Below, in pieces: positions 57,931 to 64,000 of a DNA stretch of 64,000 nt. Location: NCBI RefSeq assembly GCF_902774605.1, contig NZ_CACYJE010000006.1:3818-67817 (forward strand), in the 5' to 3' direction. The notes below the pieces were generated by a model. It was given only the letters and a program-made list of their open reading frames with translations, had not been told where the DNA came from and did not search any database. The position numbers and the translations under genes are program-made. The stretch's first letter is position 1, and each line of letters starts with the position of its first letter. This stretch comes from an uncultured Methanobrevibacter sp. GTDB lineage: Archaea > Methanobacteriota > Methanobacteria > Methanobacteriales > Methanobacteriaceae.

Positions 57931-58893
57931 TCACTTGTAAACCCTTGAAGAAACTCCTTTACGTGTAAACCTAATCTTTAAAATATTGTCATCACGACTG
58001 ATTGCCTCTGCAACCTCATCAACCTTGCCCGGGCAAAGCGCAATTATGCTGCCCCCTCCACCTGCACCGGTGGTCTTGGAACCTATTGCACCAGCTTCCC
58101 TTGCATTATAAACCATACGGGACAATTCCAAAGTATTGACCCCTAAAACATCAAGAAAACCATGATTAATATTCATCAATTCACCGATCTTGGCAAAATC
58201 CCTCTTCAAGATTGCCTGCTTGGCATAGTTGGTCAGGTTGCCCATTGAAGTGATGACAGGATTGATAATCTTCGGATTTCTAGTCTTAAGATTCTTGACA
58301 CCCTTAACCATCTTGCCTGTATTTCCGTGTTTGGTAGTGTATCCGACAACAAAAGGCACGTTGAAATTGACGTTGAAATGCTCAACCTTCTTGTTCCTTG
58401 ACAAGTAAACAAGTCCACCATAAGTGGAAACCAAAGTGTCCAGAGGACTTGCAACACCCTGAACGGCCTGTTCAACCATATGCGCGTCATGAGCAAGGGA
58501 TTTCTTATTGAAACGAATATTATGGTAACGGTATAATGCAGCGAGAGTAGCCACGGTAACGGCTGCTGATGAACCCAAACCTGAACCGATAGGAACGTTT
58601 GAATTCAATGTGATGTCGATTGGAGTGTGGTCGTGAACCTTATAAAGAGCTTCTAAAATATATCTAATAATACCTGGTTTTCCTTTCAATAAAATGTATT
58701 TCTTATGTTTTGTCAGCAGTTCCGCTTCAAAACCAATGTCAGGAGCCCTGAAAATAGTTGCATCATTATCTGACGGTTTAACGGTAACATATGCCCTTTT
58801 GTTAACGGCACCTGCAATAGCAGGTTCACCATAAACTACGGAATGTTCACCAAATAATATAGTTTTAGCCGGAGCAGAAGCCTTAGCAATCAT
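57931..58893 (-). CDS. mvk: Mevalonate kinase
   Basis: APAK.ILFGEHSVVYG, PIGSGLGSSAA, KTTGAGGGG. Confidence 0.95.
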   Translation of the reverse strand: MIAKASAPAKTILFGEHSVVYGEPAIAGAVNKRAYVTVKPSDNDATIFRAPDIGFEAELLTKHKKYILLKGKPGIIRYILEALYKVHDHTPIDITLNSNVPIGSGLGSSAAVTVATLAALYRYHNIRFNKKSLAHDAHMVEQAVQGVASPLDTLVSTYGGLVYLSRNKKVEHFNVNFNVPFVVGYTTKHGNTGKMVKGVKNLKTRNPKIINPVITSMGNLTNYAKQAILKRDFAKIGELMNINHGFLDVLGVNTLELSRMVYNAREAGAIGSKTTGAGGGGSIIALCPGKVDEVAEAISRDDNILKIRFTRKGVSSRVYK

Positions 58894-58902
58894 AAATACA
58901 CC

Positions 58903-59751
58903 TTATTTAAAAACACCTGAAGCATAACCAACCACTGAAGTAAAATCACCGGTTACATCCCCACTGGTCCCATAAGCCAAAATCTCAGCATCGGTTTTGC
59001 CACAACGCTTTGAAAGTGAAATTGTGGTCATGACAGGACCATAACCACACATGGTAATATTGTACTGAACAACCTCTTCAAACAGTTTGAACTCATTCAT
59101 TTCACCAATGTCCTCAAGAACAAAACCGTCAACCTTGTTTGCCCTTTCGTGAGTGTTAAAATGAGACAGGTCAGTACTTGCAATAACACAATATGACTTG
59201 TTTAACCTGTTTCCCGCCTCGAAAATCGCATTGGCGAGATCGTTTGAAGTGACAAAATTTTGATTGCCTATTGTTATAGGCACTATCTTAAAATCAGCAG
59301 AAAAATATTGTAGGAAAGGTAGCTGAACTTCAATGCTGTGTTCACGAATATGAGCGGTGAAATCGGCAGAAGCAATGTCTGAAAACTCAATTATGCCTTC
59401 AGCAAATTCCTCATCGACTTCAACACTGCCTAATGGAGTAATCCATTCACCCTCATTAAAGACTGAAATCTCGCTACCGTATCCGGTATGGTTTGGACTT
59501 AAAATTATAAAAACTTCAGGAAAACCATTCTTAACGATTTCACAATAACCTTTTGAGGCTATTGCACCAGAATATTGATAACCTGCATGCGGAACCATAA
59601 CGTTGATAGGATACTCTCTACCTTTAAATGAATTCAATTCAGGAATGTATCCTACGCCTGAATCATCTAAAAAACAGCTTTCAATAAGCCTTTTTAGAGT
59701 TTCAGGGTCTTCTGGATAGAATGCTCCAGCAACAGCAGGTTGTCTTAACAT
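58903..59751 (-). CDS. MEMO1-family protein (AmmeMemoRadiSam protein B)
   Basis: R.PAVAG.FYP, PHAGY.YSG, PNHTG, EHSIEVQLPFLQ, STDLSH, CG.GP. Confidence 0.92.
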   Translation of the reverse strand: MLRQPAVAGAFYPEDPETLKRLIESCFLDDSGVGYIPELNSFKGREYPINVMVPHAGYQYSGAIASKGYCEIVKNGFPEVFIILSPNHTGYGSEISVFNEGEWITPLGSVEVDEEFAEGIIEFSDIASADFTAHIREHSIEVQLPFLQYFSADFKIVPITIGNQNFVTSNDLANAIFEAGNRLNKSYCVIASTDLSHFNTHERANKVDGFVLEDIGEMNEFKLFEEVVQYNITMCGYGPVMTTISLSKRCGKTDAEILAYGTSGDVTGDFTSVVGYASGVFK

Positions 59752-59761
59752 GTTAACTCAC

Positions 59762-60364
59762 TTAGAATTTAAGTTCGAATTCAGTTGCATCAATATCAAG
59801 GTCACCGTCTTCTGGGATGTCTCCTCTTTCTCTTAAGATTTGTCTTGCAAGCAACCAGTAAACTAAAGCGATAGCTTTTCTACCTTTGTTGTTTACAGGC
59901 ACTGCAATGTCAACGAAACTGAGTAAGTTTTCAGTATCACATAATGCAATAACTGGAATACCATTTTGTTTGGATTCTAAGATAGCTTGTGCGTCTGATC
60001 TTGGGTCAGTTACTACAATGATTTTTGGTTCAATGAATTTAGCGTAATTAGGGTTGGTTAAAGTACCAGGGATGAATCTACCAGGAATGGTTTTAGCGCC
60101 GGTTAATTCACCGAATTTTTTAACAGGAGCTTGACCGTATTGACGGGTAGCCACTACTAAAATGTCATCTGGGTCATATTTAGCGAGTAATTTTGCGATT
60201 TGCCTGATTCTTTCATCGGTTTTTTGAATGTCTAATACGTATAAACCGTCAGATCTTACTCTGAATATGTATTTTTCCATGTCACTAGTTTTTTGCTGGG
60301 TACCGATGTGTAATCCAGCAGCTAAATAATTGTCTAAGTCTATTAAAAGTTCTTCATTTACCAT
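59762..60364 (-). CDS. rpsB: 30S ribosomal protein S2 (uS2)
   Basis: [32 protein letters not shown]. Confidence 0.96.
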   Translation of the reverse strand: MVNEELLIDLDNYLAAGLHIGTQQKTSDMEKYIFRVRSDGLYVLDIQKTDERIRQIAKLLAKYDPDDILVVATRQYGQAPVKKFGELTGAKTIPGRFIPGTLTNPNYAKFIEPKIIVVTDPRSDAQAILESKQNGIPVIALCDTENLLSFVDIAVPVNNKGRKAIALVYWLLARQILRERGDIPEDGDLDIDATEFELKF

Positions 60365-60379
60365 ATTTTCACCTACAAT

Positions 60380-60574
60380 TTAAAAATCATCTTCAATTTT
60401 AATACATTCGTTTGGACAAACGTCCATACATACTTCACAATAACTACATTCTTCAGGATTGTTAATAGTAATCTTATCTCCTTCAAGAACTAATACTTCC
60501 ATTGGGCAAACGTCAGCACATTCTGCGCAGTCAGCACCATCACATTTATCGTAATCAAGAATTACTTTTGACAT
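60380..60574 (-). CDS. 4Fe-4S ferredoxin
   Basis: CDGADCAECADVCP and CSYCEVCMDVCP. Confidence 0.9.
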   Translation of the reverse strand: MSKVILDYDKCDGADCAECADVCPMEVLVLEGDKITINNPEECSYCEVCMDVCPNECIKIEDDF

Positions 60575-60599
60575 AATTTTCAATCTCCAAAACTTTTTT

Positions 60600-61844
60600 T
60601 TAGAATTTACCCATTCTTGAATTTGGAAGTTCTTCCTCTATGCGAATCAACTCATTTAGTTTAGCTATCCTTTCACCACCAATGGCTCCTGTCTTAATCA
60701 TTGGAGAGTTAAATCCAACAGCCAAGTGGGCAATAGTTTCATCAGTAGTTTCACCAGACCTGTGGGAAACAACAGGCACAATACCATTCTCCTTAGCCAG
60801 TTTGACGGTAGCGTGAGTTTCAGATAATGAACCGATTTGATTAGGCTTGATAATGATTGCATTAGCAGCATTCATTTCAATTCCCTTAGCTAAAAGCTCC
60901 TTGTTGGTTACGAACAAATCATCACCACAGATTAGGCATTTATCCCCAACCTTGGAGGTCAATTGAGCGAATCCCTCAAAGTCTGATTCATCAAATGGGT
61001 CTTCTACATAAAACATTTTATAAGTATCAATAATATCTTTTACGAAATCAATCTGGTCGCCAGTGTCTCGCTTGATATCATCCTGAGCATAAACGTATTT
61101 CTGCTCATTCGCATCCCATAATTCGGATGCCGCCATGTCCAAAGCGGGCCTGATTTCAATACCGAGCTCATCGCCAACTTCCTCGCATGCCTGGGATTGA
61201 ATCTCCAAAGCGTCGATGTTGGTGATGTTAGGCACCCATCCGCCCTCATCGCCCTTACCTCCGGTAAAGGCCTTGTCTTTAGACTGGATCAATTCTTTCA
61301 ATTTTTTGTGAATAGAAGCATTTGCAAAAATTCCCTCAACCATATTAGTTGCCCCAATAGGAACAACCAGGAATTCCTGGATATCCGGAGCATTAACACC
61401 TGCATGAGCACCGCCATTCATCATGTTACCTAAAGGATACGGCAATTCATTAACCAAACTGCCTCCAAGATACTGATACAACGGCATGTTGTATGATGCA
61501 GCAGCGGCCTTAGCAACAGCCATGGATATAGCAACAGTGGTGTTGCCGCCAATGGCAGCCAAATTGTCTGTTCCATCAATTTCCCTGAGCACCTCATCAA
61601 TAGTGGCAATATCGCATGCATCCATTCCAATGAGCTCTGAAGTGATTAAATCCTCCATTTCACTCACTACCAGATCCACTCCCCCTTTCGGAAATGATAC
61701 TACTTCTCTTGAACCGGTACTCGCTCCGCTTGGTGCAGCAGCCCTGCCATAACCACCCCAAGTTTTCACATCAACTTCGATGGTAGGATTTCCCCTGCTG
61801 TCCAAAATCTTGCGAACTCGGACGTCTTCTATTATACTATCCAA
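60600..61844 (-). CDS. eno: Enolase
   Basis: [44 protein letters not shown]; likely TTG start at 61844 after GAGGTG. Confidence 0.96.
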   Translation of the reverse strand: MDSIIEDVRVRKILDSRGNPTIEVDVKTWGGYGRAAAPSGASTGSREVVSFPKGGVDLVVSEMEDLITSELIGMDACDIATIDEVLREIDGTDNLAAIGGNTTVAISMAVAKAAAASYNMPLYQYLGGSLVNELPYPLGNMMNGGAHAGVNAPDIQEFLVVPIGATNMVEGIFANASIHKKLKELIQSKDKAFTGGKGDEGGWVPNITNIDALEIQSQACEEVGDELGIEIRPALDMAASELWDANEQKYVYAQDDIKRDTGDQIDFVKDIIDTYKMFYVEDPFDESDFEGFAQLTSKVGDKCLICGDDLFVTNKELLAKGIEMNAANAIIIKPNQIGSLSETHATVKLAKENGIVPVVSHRSGETTDETIAHLAVGFNSPMIKTGAIGGERIAKLNELIRIEEELPNSRMGKF

Positions 61845-61975
61845 AAATAACACCTCAGTGTCAATTCAATTTATTACCAATCGACCTATATCTTGAAAAA
61901 ATCAGTAAGTTTCTTTATAGAGCCATATTGGTATTTACTATTTTTTTTAAATAATTAAAGAGAAATAGATAAAAT

Positions 61976-62158
61976 CTATTCATCTCTAATAACATCTAAT
62001 GGTAAAACTCCAGCTTTGAGTTCCTCATATGCTATGTCAATAGGATCCAATGAGTCCTTGATTTCCACTAAGGGCCTAGCACCCATTGAGATTTGAATTG
62101 CCCTAGCACCAAGAAGCCTAGCTCTTTCAAACCTTGTTAATTTTTTATTAACATCCAT
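61976..62158 (-). CDS. rpoK: RNA polymerase subunit Rpo6 (K)
   Basis: [21 protein letters not shown]. Confidence 0.95.
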   Translation of the reverse strand: MDVNKKLTRFERARLLGARAIQISMGARPLVEIKDSLDPIDIAYEELKAGVLPLDVIRDE

Positions 62159-62236
62159 AAATATTACTTCCATTTTTTAGGCATTTATTTTACCAAGATT
62201 ATAGTTTTATCAAAAAATATCCCTACAACATTTAGT

Positions 62237-62407
62237 CTATTCCCAGGTTTCCACATGGGAAATCAACATTCTTCTACAACAGTATCTAGTTAAACCTAAA
62301 TCATCCAAAACATCTTTAGACTTTTCACCAGCAGCTACTCTTTTGTTGTATTCATCAAAGTAGGCTGATACAGGTTTTCCGCAACTTAAGCATCTTATAG
62401 GAATCAT
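62237..62407 (-). CDS. rpoN: RNA polymerase subunit Rpo10 (N), missed by the ORF track
   Basis: [56 protein letters not shown]. Confidence 0.95.
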   Translation of the reverse strand: MIPIRCLSCGKPVSAYFDEYNKRVAAGEKSKDVLDDLGLTRYCCRRMLISHVETWE

Positions 62408-62451
62408 TTATATCATCTTTTTAATTTAAATAAAATTTAAAGGTACAGAAT

Positions 62452-62853
62452 TTATCTGTAACTTTTTTGTTTACGGGCTCTTGCTCCAGGACCACCGTAT
62501 TTTTTAGGTTCTGAACGTCTTGGGTCACCTACTAACATGGTTCTGTCGTAGTGAGTGAATTTATCTTTTAAATCCATATCCTGAGACCATTGTACGAGTC
62601 CTTTTGCAATTACCATACGTGCAGCTTCAGCTTGACCCATTACTCCTCCACCAATAACATGGATGTTGATATCCACTTCATTAGCTAAGTCTCCAGCTAA
62701 GGTTAATGGTTCTTGTAATTTTAAGTTAGCAAGCTCAGGGGAATAAAGTTCTAAAGGAACTTTGTTGATTCTTACTTTACCAGTTCCTTCACGAACAGTA
62801 CCTCTTGCGATAGCTGTTTTACGTTTTCCACTAGTATGAATAACTTTAACCAT
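62452..62853 (-). CDS. rpsI: 30S ribosomal protein S9 (uS9)
   Basis: [36 protein letters not shown]. Confidence 0.97.
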   Translation of the reverse strand: MVKVIHTSGKRKTAIARGTVREGTGKVRINKVPLELYSPELANLKLQEPLTLAGDLANEVDINIHVIGGGVMGQAEAARMVIAKGLVQWSQDMDLKDKFTHYDRTMLVGDPRRSEPKKYGGPGARARKQKSYR

Positions 62854-62870
62854 AATTACACCTTACTCAT

Positions 62871-63305
62871 CTAAAAGGTAGCTCCTAAAAGTTTGGAGAT
62901 TTCTCCTAATTCGATACCTTTTTTAATATTTTTGTATTCTGCTTCAGGAACTGAAGTGAGTTCAGCATCAGCATATTCAGCAGGCACGCCAACGAAAGCT
63001 TTTAAGCCTTTGAATGCTGTTTTACCTTTGGATTTTTTGAAAGGTAACATTCCTCTTACAGTTCTTCTGAATATGTCGTCCGGCCTTCTTGGGTATTTAG
63101 GACCTAAGTCACGAGGGTTAGAGATACTTGCCCTGTCGACTCTTTGTTTGTATTTAGCATAAGCCCAATCCTTGTTACCGGTTAACATGATCTTTTCAGC
63201 ATTAAGAATTACTACTTCTTCGCCTTCTAAGAGATTTTTACTAGTGATACTAGCTAATCTTCCTAAAACGCATCCTTCTCCGTCTATAATCATCATAACA
63301 CACAT
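62871..63305 (-). CDS. rplM: 50S ribosomal protein L13 (uL13)
   Basis: IIDG....[21 protein letters not shown]; true start probably a few codons downstream. Confidence 0.95.
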   Translation of the reverse strand: MCVMMIIDGEGCVLGRLASITSKNLLEGEEVVILNAEKIMLTGNKDWAYAKYKQRVDRASISNPRDLGPKYPRRPDDIFRRTVRGMLPFKKSKGKTAFKGLKAFVGVPAEYADAELTSVPEAEYKNIKKGIELGEISKLLGATF

Positions 63306-63308
63306 CCC

Positions 63309-63674
63309 CTATTCCATAATCCTGATGTTTGATCCGCTAGGATTACTTTCCATAATTTCTTCAATTGAGATGCATTCTCCACCAGCACTAGCGATCTTTT
63401 CTTGTGCTTTTGCTGAGAATTTTAATGCTACAACATCTACTTTGTTTTCCAAATCACCATTTGATAAAACTTTACCAGGTACTAAAACAGTTTCGCCTTC
63501 TTCAGCGTATCTTGCGATGTCTGATAAATTTACTTCAGCAGTTCTCCTGTTAGACCTTTCAAGCCTTTGTGCAACATCTTTCCAAATAGCTGCATCTTCA
63601 TTTCTTGATTGTTCATAAAGTTTATTAATAAGTTCAATAAGGTTAGGATTTGTTTTTACTACTTTCTTAACCAT
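63309..63674 (-). CDS. rpl18e: 50S ribosomal protein L18e (eL18)
   Basis: KTNPNL..LI, VNLS.I.R, VLVPGKVL..G, FS..A.EKI..AGG. Confidence 0.95.
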   Translation of the reverse strand: MVKKVVKTNPNLIELINKLYEQSRNEDAAIWKDVAQRLERSNRRTAEVNLSDIARYAEEGETVLVPGKVLSNGDLENKVDVVALKFSAKAQEKIASAGGECISIEEIMESNPSGSNIRIME

Positions 63675-64000
63675 TATTTACTTCCTCCTTCTTCACTAAA
63701 TCTGATAAACTTATCCGCTTTTTCACCTAATACGTCACAAGCTTTTAATAAAACTTCTTTAGGAGGCATTGCACCATCAGTTTCGATTCTGAAAATAAAA
63801 TCGTTTGGACGGAATCCAACATTGATGTATCCGTTGTCTGAAGCCCTTACGCAGCTTTTGCACATGGCGCAGTCTTCAATGTCGAGGATCTTGATCTTTT
63901 TGGATCTCCTGTCTGATTTCAATATGCCTCTTGGACATGCTTGAGCACAATCGTAGTCGATTTCAACATCGTCATTGAATGTTATTTCAGGATATTGTTT
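63674..64000 (-). CDS. rpoD: RNA polymerase subunit Rpo3 (D), C-terminal part; runs off the right edge
   Basis: ...CAQACPRGIL...DCAMCKSC...FIFRIETDGAMPP.EVL..A; position upstream of rpl18e. Confidence 0.92.
   Translation of the reverse strand, partial: KQYPEITFNDDVEIDYDCAQACPRGILKSDRRSKKIKILDIEDCAMCKSCVRASDNGYINVGFRPNDFIFRIETDGAMPPKEVLLKACDVLGEKADKFIRFSEEGGSK

Noticed and set aside
62173-62237. tRNA between rpoN and rpoK
   Set aside because: Gap is about 64 nt and AT-rich, with no cloverleaf or T-loop motif; no tRNA recognised anywhere in the window.
63674-63922. 82-aa ORF as an independent protein
   Set aside because: It is the C-terminal part of rpoD, whose start lies beyond the window.
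735-63944. Numerous 60-150 aa ORFs antisense to or nested in long genes (e.g. 8624..9073, 13683..14120, 26474..27040, 34090..34539, 51414..51821)
   Set aside because: Shadow ORFs from codon bias of well-supported opposite-strand genes; no SD or motifs.

Overview
Archaeal chromosomal window, most consistent with a Methanobrevibacter-like (Methanobacteriales) methanogen; the taxon is inferred from gene content and order. Left to right: the 5' end of an AT-rich type I restriction subunit gene (hsdR, missed by the ORF track); adhesin-like genes; a membrane-anchored subtype-B tannase-like hydrolase; and a nitrogen-assimilation cluster. That cluster is glnA with a double NrpR-type operator, then split glutamate synthase gltB1-gltB3-circularly permuted FrhB-like subunit-gltB2, ending in an 880-aa dikinase-like (PPDK_N) protein of unknown function. 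Next come an Rpn-like PD-(D/E)xK protein with C-terminal repeats and a possible internal start; an accessory membrane-protein region bracketed by two DUF308 paralogs sharing a structured leader; LarE/ThiF/FdhD sulfur-handling genes; a redox/detox block (ATP-grasp, OYE, AKR, class II UvrA); an unannotated 57-aa peptide gene with its own promoter; purA, dapL, gltX; a TPR-AKR-GNAT-MTase-PhzF operon; hcp-cupin-rubredoxin (rubredoxin missed by the track); and TrmB. The right end is the conserved archaeal rpoD-rpl18e-rplM-rpsI-rpoN-rpoK-eno-fdx-rpsB-MEMO1-mvk-ipk-fni-rnj-idsA superoperon. No tRNA, rRNA, CRISPR array or intact IS element was recognised. All family calls come from motif recognition by eye, not database searches.
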